IMG/VR virus record: IMGVR_UViG_3300014666_000034
Coordinates: 1-64,000 of that record
Direction: 5' to 3' (one strand)
Origin: an uncultured virus (IMG/VR IMGVR_UViG_3300014666_000034)
Taxonomy: Duplodnaviria; Heunggongvirae; Uroviricota; Caudoviricetes
Length of the DNA stretch: 64,000 nucleotides
In this document: piece after piece, positions 49,805 through 59,984 of the stretch
Numbering within the stretch: the first letter of the stretch is position 1
Layout of the letters: every line of letters begins with the position of its first letter
Notes under the pieces: model-generated
The model's database searches: none
Told to the model about the DNA's origin: nothing
Seen by the model: the letters and a program-made list of their open reading frames with translations, nothing else
Made by a program: the position numbers and the translations under genes

Positions 49805-49918
49805 GTAATTTGTAATTCTCCTTCTTATATTTAGTTTTTGTGATTATTTCTTGCATCATCGTTGACCGCCTTTCTGGTGAGCCATTGATTGATTTGGTTT
49901 CATGTATATATTCTCTGT

Positions 49919-50149
49919 TTAAATTAATTCTTGCTTTAAAACATCAATAATTTTTCTTTTAGATACTGGTGATACAATACAACTCCTATCATCAATTAAA
50001 AGATTTAGAATATCCTCATATGATATATCTTTGTTTTTTAAATAGTTTAAATAAGTTTCTCTGTCCTTGTACCATTTGGTTCCCACTTTGTGGAACTCCG
50101 AAGAATTTCCACAAACACCGGTTACTACACACTTAACAAGTCTAGCCAT
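49919..50149 (-). CDS. Hypothetical protein
   Basis: 76 aa, AGGAG RBS. Confidence 0.6.
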   Translation of the reverse strand: MARLVKCVVTGVCGNSSEFHKVGTKWYKDRETYLNYLKNKDISYEDILNLLIDDRSCIVSPVSKRKIIDVLKQELI

Positions 50150-50172
50150 AAATATTCTCCTTTTTATAATGT

Positions 50173-51405
50173 TTATTTCTCTAAACTATTTTCTTTTATC
50201 CACTGCTTTAATAAGCATCTCATGCGCACACTGGGAATATAAATCCAAATCTCTTTTCCATCTCTAATCGCTGATCTCCATATAAATTGCAACATCTCCG
50301 ATAATGCATAACCGTCTTCATCTGTTGCGACACCATGTTGAGTGAAAAAATTCTTAACCACTGGATTCATGTATTTGTTTGCAACATAAGCTATAGATGT
50401 TCTACTTCTATATTCATTAGTGGCCCTAGTGTTTATTGCAAGAAAACCTTTTGTGTACCCCTTACCCTGTAAGAATTTTTTGTAGTCCTTAAAGGTTGTC
50501 CATATATTATCGCCGGCTTTATCTTCGCGAATATTTCTAAAGAAATTTGTTATGTTCTTTTTTAATTGAGATAAGGCGATATTACCTCTATTCCTTTCAA
50601 ACCATGCCTTAGATAAGTCTGTTTCCCTATCACCAATACGATTTAGCCTTTCATTATCAACTATATTAATGAGACTTTTGTAGTCAGTAAAATTGTTAAT
50701 GGTGTTATCCTTTTCATTTGTGAAGTGGTAGTTGTATGGATTATTGCCATTCACATAAATGTATTTATAGGGTAGCTTGTAATAATCGTAATAGTATCTT
50801 TGCATTTGGGCATCAAACATATATGTAAGAATATAAATATTTCTAAAGGCATTAAAAGCATCAATAGGAAACAACCACATCATCACAGAGCCACCATATA
50901 ACGAAAGACTACCTAAATCGCATAACCTCTTAATGTGCGAAAACTCTCCCACATAAGAAGATTTCTCTTCCTTCCATCTGATTCGATTTAAATCATCAAT
51001 GTATACAAAATCTTTTTTTAATATTTCAAAATCTGATTTTGAGATAGGATATTCTTCTACGACATTTGCAACCTCGTCCATTATGAGGGTATAATTTTTT
51101 GCCCTACACATATCTATTAGTTCATTATCAAATCTTTGAAATAGAGCATGACTGGCTACAATATTTTCTTCTTTATTTACCAAATCCTTCAAATTATCAA
51201 ACTTAGAACTTTCTCGGTACATGGGTTGTTTGAAATTTTTCTTACTACAATAATCCTTGTACCGTTTAATTTCGTTTAGATAAGGTGTTATAACCAGAAA
51301 CTTTTCTTCATCTCCATTTGAATGGTTGATAAAGTTCATTGCCGAATAACTTTTTCCTTTACCCATGATTTCATCAACGATTCTCACATTACAATTAAAC
51401 TCCAA
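50173..51405 (-). CDS. SF2 helicase-like protein (possible replication initiator)
   Basis: DEIMGKGKS Walker A, LIMDEV Walker B, EMLQFIWRSAIR motif VI-like. Confidence 0.7.
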   Translation of the reverse strand: MEFNCNVRIVDEIMGKGKSYSAMNFINHSNGDEEKFLVITPYLNEIKRYKDYCSKKNFKQPMYRESSKFDNLKDLVNKEENIVASHALFQRFDNELIDMCRAKNYTLIMDEVANVVEEYPISKSDFEILKKDFVYIDDLNRIRWKEEKSSYVGEFSHIKRLCDLGSLSLYGGSVMMWLFPIDAFNAFRNIYILTYMFDAQMQRYYYDYYKLPYKYIYVNGNNPYNYHFTNEKDNTINNFTDYKSLINIVDNERLNRIGDRETDLSKAWFERNRGNIALSQLKKNITNFFRNIREDKAGDNIWTTFKDYKKFLQGKGYTKGFLAINTRATNEYRSRTSIAYVANKYMNPVVKNFFTQHGVATDEDGYALSEMLQFIWRSAIRDGKEIWIYIPSVRMRCLLKQWIKENSLEK

Positions 51406-51801
51406 TTAATATCCTCCTATTTTGTTTTTTTGTTTCATCTATCTATTCTCCAAATAATATGAAAACCACGTAGATTTTCGATTAATATGGTTTAACACTT
51501 TTGAAAACCAGAATTGTGGTAGCTAATTTTAGAAAAGTGCCTATTTATAAGGGTCTTATTATTTTGGTGTTTTTAGTTCTCAATTTTCAAAAGTGCTAAA
51601 ATTGAAAAAAAAGCCTTATTTTAAGCCATTTAAGAGGCATTTCCTTAAAGAAGAGGTATTATAAAAGTGATATAAAAATTATTACTAACGTTCATATTTG
51701 TTGGATTGCCAAAGGCAAGACAACAACGGTATGAGCTTGCGCCCTTTGCAAGCGATTACCGATAACGCCGTAGGCCATAACCACAGATGCAATAATTTAT
51801 T

Positions 51802-52032
51802 CTATTTCTTCTTCCTGTAACAGGTGTTGCTCCTATATTTCTGTAATTCAGTCTTAGTGGCAAATACGATTAATCCATCTTTAGAGTATGTAACTCTATC
51901 AATGTGGTAATCTGACCATTGACTCTGCCATATGTCACCTGGCTTTGGAGCTGTACTTTTTGGTAAGACAGGGTGATCAGATGATTGATAATGATATTGT
52001 TGTTGTGGTAACTCTCTGATATAAAACTTCAT
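51802..52032 (-). CDS. Hypothetical protein
   Basis: 76 aa, AGGAGG RBS. Confidence 0.55.
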   Translation of the reverse strand: MKFYIRELPQQQYHYQSSDHPVLPKSTAPKPGDIWQSQWSDYHIDRVTYSKDGLIVFATKTELQKYRSNTCYRKKK

Positions 52033-52278
52033 AGTGAAATACCTCCTTATTGGGTTTGCTAAAATTGTAATTATATATCTGATATCTAATTCTCTATTTC
52101 TGTAATGATTCTTGATAATTGATAAGATATTTTACCGGCAGCATTAAATAGGAGAGTAGTGGTGTAATAGGTAGTTCTCTGTTTTAATGTAAAAACACCC
52201 CCTCCCTAAACGATGGAGATATTTATTTGTGCGAAATTAAAAAACCCCACTATCATTAAGATAATGGGGTATGGCTAT

Positions 52279-54558
52279 TTATAAAGGTTTTGGCAAATTG
52301 GTAATAAACTTTGCCCTTCCGTCTTCGTAATTTATGAGATTTAGTGAATGGTATTGTGGTAACATTTCCATATCTTCTAATGTATATGGCGCTAATTCAT
52401 CTTTGAACTCGTTAAAATTAGATTTTCCACTTCCTTTCATTAGCATGTAACTTGCACCTGCACTTCTTAGCGTTTGGTCAATAATTGCAATCTGTCCCAG
52501 GTATTGGCAAGAAAATACAAACTTGTTTCCGAATTTTCTAGTCTGTGGAAGAGTTTCCTGTTCTTTTAACATTTGCATAGCTGTTTTGGCTTGGAATATT
52601 TCGTCAACAAGTACATGGAATCGTTTTGGTTGATTATAAATTCCACCTCTCACTAGAGTGGCGCACCATATTTTCGTGAGCCAATAGGTGACTATTACAT
52701 TTTTAGAGTATGGAGTGGCAAAATATTCTTGCGGCATTTTGACTAATACAATTTTTCCATCGTCCATTGCCTTTACGAGATCTATATTATCTTCGCAATT
52801 TTTGTTAAACATCATTTTGAGTCGTAAATCTTTCTTCAAAAGATTAATTCTATGATTAATACCGTCTATTTTGGCATTCCTAGTGCCTATAATGGAGTTA
52901 TCCTTGCTCAAATCGTTCAACTCCTTTAAGGCGCTTATTTCGTCTGCTAGAAGCTCTTGTAGATTCACCGGTACTTTATTAATGCATATTTCACGATATT
53001 CAAAGTCGTTTAAACACCTTACTACATCTTTAAGGCTTGCGTTTGGATTAAGAAAGACAATATTGCTAGCAGAACTCAGATATCTATCCATGCTAGTAGA
53101 TAAAGGCTCGCCATCTACATTTAAGGCATCTATAAGCATTTGTACGTATAGGGACTTTCTGTTGGATACGTCAAGTAAGTCAAGGTGATTATTTGTTTTA
53201 GGTTGTAATTCATTGTATCCAAATCCTTGTGCTTCATATATATTTGACATATCCAATATTATTAATTTGTCTTTAGAGACAACCTTTTCGATCGTTGTTG
53301 ATAGGTCACAGTTTTTAATATAATCAATAACGATTGCTCCTTCGTCCCTTGATTGAATATTATTTACATAATTACTTATATAAGTAGTCTTACCACTTCC
53401 TTGCTCTCCAATTAATACTAGTGGGAAATTGCCCTGGTCGTAGTTGTCTCTTAGATATGCTTTTGTCTTATTGCCTTTAAAAGTGTTAGTTCCAAGGTAG
53501 ATATATCCACTTTGCAACTTTTCAGGCACTTGTGTTTCTAATATATTTGTATGATCTATATTTTTATATTCGTCTAGCAATTCCCTTCCAGGCAAGCTTA
53601 TGAAATTCTGCCCCTCTTTAGGTTGAATTTTGATTGATTCAACCCCTTTGATTCTCGTATCTAGTAAATCTACGTCTCGATTCACTTTCCTTGAAATAAG
53701 TCGATTATCGGCGTCTAAGCACTGAAAACTACCACATATGCTTATTGCATTGTTGTATTCTCGTTCTTTGTCATTGCTCTCCGACAAACATAAAATCTGG
53801 GCATTTACTATTGTAGATTCACGTTTTTTGCTCGTGTCGTCACTCAAAATAATATCCTTAAGTCGTTTTTCTACTATATTTGTGGGACTTAAACTTAAAC
53901 AGCTTAGAACTGTATCAAAAGCTTTGCTTAATAACATTAAACCCAATCTAACAATATAAACAGTAGATGCTTTGTTTTTATTAATTGGAAGGTCTTCCTT
54001 TAGTTTTTCAATAGTCTTATCATATTTTGCTCTCCAAGATTTTTGATATATAGGGGCAAAGTTATAAAATACCCCTACCTTGTCACCGTCCTCCATTATA
54101 TGTAATGTGGTTAACAAACTGTTTAGCAGCACGTTATTTCTCTTATCACACGAAAGACTCATGGCGTCATCGTTTTTATATGTCATGTAATATTTAGTAC
54201 ACTCTTTGTTAAAAAGAGGTATTTCATCAACCTTGGTGATAGTGATTTTATTACTCCAAGTATCTATTATCTTATCTTTGAAAAGATTGAAATGAGTCTC
54301 TGGCACTACAAAATAAAATTGAACATCACTTTTCTCCATGTAAATGTAGTAGCTAACTTTGGCATTACACTCAAAGAATAGTTTTTTGTTAATGGATCTT
54401 ATTTGTTTATCTATAGTTTTGTAAAGCCCGGCAACTAAAGTAATAAACTTATCTGAGTTGTAATTGCGGATAGAATTAGATGGAGTGAGTTTTAGAAACA
54501 CATAATTAGGTCGCTTATATTCAATGTAATCACTAATCTTTATGGAATGTTCTTTCAT
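52279..54558 (-). CDS. VirB4/TraG/HerA-FtsK-like P-loop ATPase
   Basis: LIGEQGSGKTT, VIDY, HVLVDEIFQ, TRKFG..FVFSCQ. Confidence 0.8.
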   Translation of the reverse strand: MKEHSIKISDYIEYKRPNYVFLKLTPSNSIRNYNSDKFITLVAGLYKTIDKQIRSINKKLFFECNAKVSYYIYMEKSDVQFYFVVPETHFNLFKDKIIDTWSNKITITKVDEIPLFNKECTKYYMTYKNDDAMSLSCDKRNNVLLNSLLTTLHIMEDGDKVGVFYNFAPIYQKSWRAKYDKTIEKLKEDLPINKNKASTVYIVRLGLMLLSKAFDTVLSCLSLSPTNIVEKRLKDIILSDDTSKKRESTIVNAQILCLSESNDKEREYNNAISICGSFQCLDADNRLISRKVNRDVDLLDTRIKGVESIKIQPKEGQNFISLPGRELLDEYKNIDHTNILETQVPEKLQSGYIYLGTNTFKGNKTKAYLRDNYDQGNFPLVLIGEQGSGKTTYISNYVNNIQSRDEGAIVIDYIKNCDLSTTIEKVVSKDKLIILDMSNIYEAQGFGYNELQPKTNNHLDLLDVSNRKSLYVQMLIDALNVDGEPLSTSMDRYLSSASNIVFLNPNASLKDVVRCLNDFEYREICINKVPVNLQELLADEISALKELNDLSKDNSIIGTRNAKIDGINHRINLLKKDLRLKMMFNKNCEDNIDLVKAMDDGKIVLVKMPQEYFATPYSKNVIVTYWLTKIWCATLVRGGIYNQPKRFHVLVDEIFQAKTAMQMLKEQETLPQTRKFGNKFVFSCQYLGQIAIIDQTLRSAGASYMLMKGSGKSNFNEFKDELAPYTLEDMEMLPQYHSLNLINYEDGRAKFITNLPKPL

Positions 54559-54893
54559 ATTAGTGCACTCCTGATCATTAAAAATAGAAGATATATCAAA
54601 AAACATTTCGTGCCAAGAGCAAAAGACTTCTTATCGCCTGTGCAATATATTGTTACAATGCACCAAACAACTACTAATTTGCAACCCCAAGTAACAAACG
54701 GATACAGGATATCAAATATTCCATTAACTAACCATTTACCGAAATCTACAAGATTCGCTCTAAACGCTTCTCCAAACCAATCAATAGAATTTTCTACTAA
54801 TCCTTTATCTGTTCCTTCACCACTGGTGACAGGATTTGTATTACTGCTTAATATCATTGATATTTTAACTAGATACATATACAAACACATCAC
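54555..54893 (-). CDS. Small membrane protein
   Basis: Two C-terminal hydrophobic helices; coupled to the ATPase. Confidence 0.6.
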   Translation of the reverse strand: MMCLYMYLVKISMILSSNTNPVTSGEGTDKGLVENSIDWFGEAFRANLVDFGKWLVNGIFDILYPFVTWGCKLVVVWCIVTIYCTGDKKSFALGTKCFLIYLLFLMIRSALI

Positions 54894-54897
54894 CTAC

Positions 54898-55116
54898 TTA
54901 CAAAATAAGATTTATGATCAGACTAACAATCCATTGAATTAATGTTAAGAAAGTGGTTAAAACTAGTGAGAGAACGATTGCTATAACAACCTTGTTATTT
55001 ATATTAATTTTGTTGATGAAGATACGAGAGAAAACAAATACTCCACATAATACAAAAATAAATGATAACATGGCACCCCTCCTATTGGAACTTACTTTGC
55101 ACTGCGTCGAGAACAT
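54898..55116 (-). CDS. Small two-TM membrane protein
   Basis: Probable start MLSFIF after AGGAGGGG; two hydrophobic helices. Confidence 0.55.
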   Translation of the reverse strand: MFSTQCKVSSNRRGAMLSFIFVLCGVFVFSRIFINKININNKVVIAIVLSLVLTTFLTLIQWIVSLIINLIL

Positions 55117-55300
55117 TCACGATAGCATAGAGGCAACCATAGCTTAATCCACCGTGAATTACGCTTTTAATTACTCCCTGGATATCTGAATTGTTACCAT
55201 CCTTTATTATGTCGCTTGCCATCTTAATGGCGAATATCCATTTTGCTATATCGCAAATCGAATAATACATCATCTTAAAAATGTCATCTAATTGATTCAT
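55082..55300 (-). CDS. Small hydrophobic protein (VirB2/pilin-like size and position)
   Basis: 72 aa, AAAGGA RBS, first gene of the ATPase operon. Confidence 0.5.
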   Translation of the reverse strand: MNQLDDIFKMMYYSICDIAKWIFAIKMASDIIKDGNNSDIQGVIKSVIHGGLSYGCLYAIVNVLDAVQSKFQ

Positions 55301-55640
55301 ATATAATTTCCTTTCGAAATGAGGTGATCTTAATGGGATATTTAGATTTAGTAATAATCTTTGGTTTAGTTAAGCTTTTTGGGACTATAGCGGGATATTA
55401 ATAGAATCTTTAGAATTGGTACAAGAAGTACATGCATAATTCGTAAAATTTGAGCATACACATGTCGTGTAATGCAATCGACGCGAGTTGATGTAATGGA
55501 ATGACATTCACATGGGGTAAGTCTACCCCTTGCGATGGCTTGATTCGTATGTAAAAATATGTTAATATTAAGAAGCTGATCTACTCGGTTAGCAATAAGA
55601 TTTCTCCCTGTGTAATGTTAGCGCATTACATGGGGATTTT

Positions 55641-55829
55641 TTAATCTAAGAAATTAAGTAATCCTTGGTTCTGTTGCTTTGGTTGTTCCTCTGCATTTTT
55701 CCTTTTGTACTCATCAATGGCTAAATCCTTTAACCATGCACTTGGAGAACTGTGTTCCCAGACATAGTCATGTAACCATTTTTCATCTGTTTTCCATGTG
55801 ATCTTGACTGGCTTTAAATCATCGGCCAC
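55641..55829 (-). CDS. ParR-like adaptor
   Basis: Overlaps parM stop; KITWKTDEKWLHDYV..HSSPSAWLKDL. Confidence 0.65.
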   Translation of the reverse strand: MADDLKPVKITWKTDEKWLHDYVWEHSSPSAWLKDLAIDEYKRKNAEEQPKQQNQGLLNFLD

Positions 55830-56721
55830 ATGCAACACCCCTTTCTGCAAATTTGAAATAACCTATATTATAGTACCCTATCGCATTAGCGAATTGTGGG
55901 TTAACTATCTTATTAACATCTAGGAACCTCTTGCGAAATGCATTATATACCAAATCAGACCCGCCACCTACCAGATACATTGGTGTAGTTTCTGTCGGGT
56001 ATTTTAGCTTAATTTCTTCGACTAAAATGTCTATGTAATCTTGGAGTAATGGCTTTAAAAAGCTAAGATCTTGCTGCACACCTCTAAACTTTAGTCCCGT
56101 TAAAAGTATCTTTTCTGCATATGAATTATCCAATTTTAGACCGTATTTATTATTGACCATTTCAATAATAGAAGAGTAGAGAGTCCGCATTCCCTTATAC
56201 CATGTATCTGATTGAAGTATCTGGGAACTTGTTGCAGTAAATTCTACGAGACAAGGATCAATCGTTAATCCTCCAATATCTATTACAATGTACTCGCCTA
56301 GAAGCTCTTTGAGTGTGTATAAGGAAGATACTCCTTGTGGGCTCACTATAACATCATGTATTTTAAAGTTATAAGGCTTGTTATCGTATAATACGACACA
56401 TTTATTGTAGCCTAAGATACTTTCCTTAAGCCTTGCCTTTTGCTCCTCATATTGACCGATTGGTAAGCCAGCGACTATACACAAATCTTTTGCATCACTC
56501 ATTACGATATTGTAAATAGTACAAACCTTATTTAATTCAGTGTTTGTCTTGTCAACCTCACTTGTCATTTTTCCAGATCCAATGTAATAGTTCTTTCCGT
56601 CTATTGTAAGTTTTTTAGAGCCAACCACACTAGTATCATTTGTTGAATATGCGCTCCGAAAAATCCTTCCCTTGTTATCCTTTGTATGGCTGTAACCTAC
56701 ATCTAGACCTTTAATTAACAT
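55819..56721 (-). CDS. parM: ParM/StbA actin-like partition ATPase
   Basis: GLDVGYSHTK, AGLPI, PQG, VIDIGGLTID, LVGGGS, PQFANAIGY. Confidence 0.9.
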   Translation of the reverse strand: MLIKGLDVGYSHTKDNKGRIFRSAYSTNDTSVVGSKKLTIDGKNYYIGSGKMTSEVDKTNTELNKVCTIYNIVMSDAKDLCIVAGLPIGQYEEQKARLKESILGYNKCVVLYDNKPYNFKIHDVIVSPQGVSSLYTLKELLGEYIVIDIGGLTIDPCLVEFTATSSQILQSDTWYKGMRTLYSSIIEMVNNKYGLKLDNSYAEKILLTGLKFRGVQQDLSFLKPLLQDYIDILVEEIKLKYPTETTPMYLVGGGSDLVYNAFRKRFLDVNKIVNPQFANAIGYYNIGYFKFAERGVACGR

Positions 56722-57652
56722 AGAAACCCCTTTCGAATATTTTACCTTGTTTTGGCAAATTTTCTCTTGCTCTTTGCTAGATTCTATGCAAGGTTTTCGA
56801 AAGTAGTACCTAATTGGGGAATATTTTGCAAAGTTTTTTATTGCTTTGGAAGTGGGAGAGTTAGATGGGCTTATGAGTACTTTACTACATTGCATACAAT
56901 TTAGAAACAGTTTGCTTGTTTGGATTTTATATGATTTAAAACCATACTTCGGTAGATGGGATAATTTGAGGTGATAAAATGAGGAAAAGCATTGATTATC
57001 CTGTGATTAAGGTTGATCTGGTATGAGTGATATTAATGAGATGAGTAGTCGATATTGGTGAAAATGAGGAAACTTCGAGGAAAGCTTGATGAATCAATGG
57101 TTTTAGGAGTTTTAGAGGTGATATTTGTGGATTTTAATGTGATTTTGAATTGTCTGAAAACTTTATAAGTACTGATTTTGCTGGATTTTGTGGTGATTGT
57201 CCCGAAGGTGCTATCGAAGTGATTTTGCTAATTGTTTGTATTCGGAGTACAATTCTAAACATTTTATGCGGATGGATATGATAGGAGCTTTTGGAGAGGT
57301 AGGAACCATTCTTAAAATGTAAACCTACCCCCACCTATCAGGAATGCCATAAAAGCCTTGTAAATCAATCAAAAAAGTGAACTTCTGTTATTTCTTCATA
57401 TTAATATATTCCTATGTCATGACATGTAGTTCTGGCTACTACATATAATACTGTGCAATTGTGCCAAATTGAAACGCAATTTAATCTTATATTAATAGAC
57501 TAATACAATAATACAGGTTCGATTTTTGTGCGTGCTTTAATTTTGAATGAGTAATCACTCAATGAAATAAAAAGTTAGCCATAAATAACGAGCACTTACA
57601 TACATAACAAAATGGTAATGAGTATATAACTAAATTGTTATGAATCATAATA

Positions 57653-57871
57653 TCAATCCTTCTGATCTGATTCCTGGTCTGTCAAATATCCATCTCTTTC
57701 CAGTCTCTCTACAATCAACTCATTAATCATACCATTTTTACTCTTACCTATATTTTTACAATATTTATCAAATTGTTCATACAATTCTTTATTCATTGAA
57801 ATGCTAGACCGTTTTAAATTTTCCTCATCCCATTTCAAATTACTTTTCTTCTTTGCTTCCGATATAGCCAT
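57653..57871 (-). CDS. Ribbon-helix-helix DNA-binding protein (putative repressor)
   Basis: KRSSISMNKELYEQFDKYC..IGKSKNGMINELI. Confidence 0.75.
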   Translation of the reverse strand: MAISEAKKKSNLKWDEENLKRSSISMNKELYEQFDKYCKNIGKSKNGMINELIVERLERDGYLTDQESDQKD

Positions 57872-57933
57872 TTAACTATGCCTCCAAGCACTCTATTTTA
57901 CCCTCTATAGGCTGTCAAAATATCTCATCTTAG

Positions 57934-58068
57934 ATCCTATCATATGGCACTGAATAAGTCAATATGACGGCATAGGAACATCTAAAACTCATTGTGCAAT
58001 ATATACAAAAACAGCACTGAATAAGTGCATTTATTGTACTTGCACATACACTGAATAAGTGCTATAAT
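57934..58068. promoter_or_regulatory. Divergent sigma-A promoters with three operator repeats
   Basis: +: TTGCAC(58040)-17-TATAAT(58063); -: TTGACT-17-TAGGAT; CACTGAATAAGT at 57948, 58015 and 58049. Confidence 0.75.
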
Positions 58069-58191
58069 GTACTTAAGTTAATAAACCAGTTATTTCAGAT
58101 TTACCCTCTTTGCCACACTTGTGCCATCTATGCCATTTCTGACTTTGCGCTCATATAAAAAGAGAATTAACCTATATTGGAGGTATTTAAT

Positions 58192-58386
58192 ATGAGTAAA
58201 GAATATGTCATAAAAACAGCATTGGTTAGGTCAAATGGAAACTTGAAAATTGTCAAAGATCTTTATTCTACTAACAAGGAAATGGGAAAAGATTTGAGAA
58301 ATAACGGTTATAGAGTACTTAAGATATGGGACGGAAATATAGACGAATGGGAAGTATGGGAGTGGGAATTTTTAAACAGAAAGTAA
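58192..58386 (+). CDS. Early hypothetical protein
   Basis: ATG after GGAGG. Confidence 0.65.
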   Translation: MSKEYVIKTALVRSNGNLKIVKDLYSTNKEMGKDLRNNGYRVLKIWDGNIDEWEVWEWEFLNRK

Positions 58387-58420
58387 CACTCAAACAAGTA
58401 TCACACAAGGAGGTCACACC

Positions 58421-58573
58421 ATGACAAACGAATTCAAACAAGCGATTACTTCCTATATTATATCTCTTGGTGGTAACAACGAGGATATAGAGCAAATCAT
58501 TGATGAAATAGTTGAATCAGGCTACACCACCATGGAAGAGGTTAAAGTCCATATTGAAAATTACTACCAATAA
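58421..58573 (+). CDS. Small acidic protein (50 aa)
   Basis: AAGGAGG RBS; MTNEFKQAITSYII... Confidence 0.6.
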   Translation: MTNEFKQAITSYIISLGGNNEDIEQIIDEIVESGYTTMEEVKVHIENYYQ

Positions 58574-59100
58574 ATACAATACAAAGCCTAAACGACAAGC
58601 GTTACAGTCAGGTGCAATTCCTGACTAGGCTCTCAACAAGTGGATCACTTGTTTCCATTATGAACGGACATAGGCTCATGAGTAGCAACGCCTCATAGTT
58701 GTGCTACCAATGGTAGTTTGTACACCTACCATATAAAACAGATTGTACACGCAATGGAGCATCGAAAACGGCGTACACTTTTCAGAGGCCGTCAACCTAC
58801 GTAGAACGGCAAGAAAATGCAGGTAGGGAGCGAACATAATGAATAAAACTAGGGAACACATCCTATTATAGGGTGCCTGATATTAAAAAGCCTAGATACT
58901 TCCTAAGTTGCCATAAAGGGTAACGAAAACAAATAAGCGTGCCATGTGTCGGTACGAGTAAGGACTGAAGAGTATCCTTAAAAACTTCAGAAGGCACAGA
59001 CAAATACAAGTGATGATACTTGCCCCACATAGAACGGAAAAGAGCCTGACAGCTACCAACCGTCAAGCCCTAACCAACTACATAATGGGAGGTGATGGAA

Positions 59101-59202
59101 ATGCCCAAAGGCTACTTAGTTCCTTCCGGTTACATGGGTTTCGTAAATAATAGCTACCAACTATTTGCAACAGAAGCCGAGTATCTGGAATACATAAGTT
59201 AA
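59101..59202 (+). CDS. Small protein (33 aa) MPKGYLVPSGYMGFVNNSYQLFATEAEYLEYIS
   Basis: GGAGGTG RBS 7 nt upstream; flanked by AGCTACCAAC hairpins. Confidence 0.6.
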   Translation: MPKGYLVPSGYMGFVNNSYQLFATEAEYLEYIS

Positions 59203-59984
59203 TCACCAAAGGCGGGAAGCTACCAACTTCCTACCTATCCCAAAGGGAAACACATAGAAATGTGCTCACCAATCACAAGTTGAGATTATCACATTTCTTG
59301 CAATCTGTCAATTCTGACAGAGAGTTTCCCGAACCAAACAGAGAATTACAATCTAGCAATATCAATACCGTTTGACAAAGTAACAAGCAGTCAATCGCTT
59401 CTCTAAAACAATTCTTAGATGGTCCCTATAATGAAACGTCTGACTGATGTGGTACAGACAGGGCATCCGCCTATACGACCTTGATAATAGAATAAATCCG
59501 CAACGTATGAAATATGTAGACGCTATACCGTAAAGGATAGTAGGAAGAAACCAGAAGACGTTAGGCAGGACGATATAAACCGCTATAAGACTATGATACT
59601 ATATTGAGTTGATATGGGCAGCATAGAGGCAGATCAAAAGCGGTATATAAAGTAAATAAGCGATAAACATGAATTAAGGCCGTAAGGCTTGCTTTAATAT
59701 AGGAAGTAACACAGTTTTATCAGTTGCACCACGCACATAAACCAGGCACAACATATCGGTTTCTTGGATTGTATATACTTCATTCCTTATTACTGATTGC
59801 GTGTAGTCAAATATATTCAAGACGTATGAAATCAAGTTGATTATTGGAAGCTCTTGACAACTACCCATCACGGGAGGCTCTGCTAGACAATCTTTCATCG
59901 ATTGACTTTTCTTATTTTGAAATCATTGGCTTTTGTGTGCGTTAGTATCTGTTAAAGATAAAAACTCATGAAAGGAATAATACA

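Noticed and set aside
58585..58631. tRNA or cobalamin riboswitch at GGTGCAATTCC
   Set aside because: No D or anticodon arms, and no AGGGAA or B12 box; kept only as an unexplained hairpin.
58940..59000. Hammerhead ribozyme at CTGAAGAG
   Set aside because: No correctly placed GAAA or stems II/III could be built by eye.
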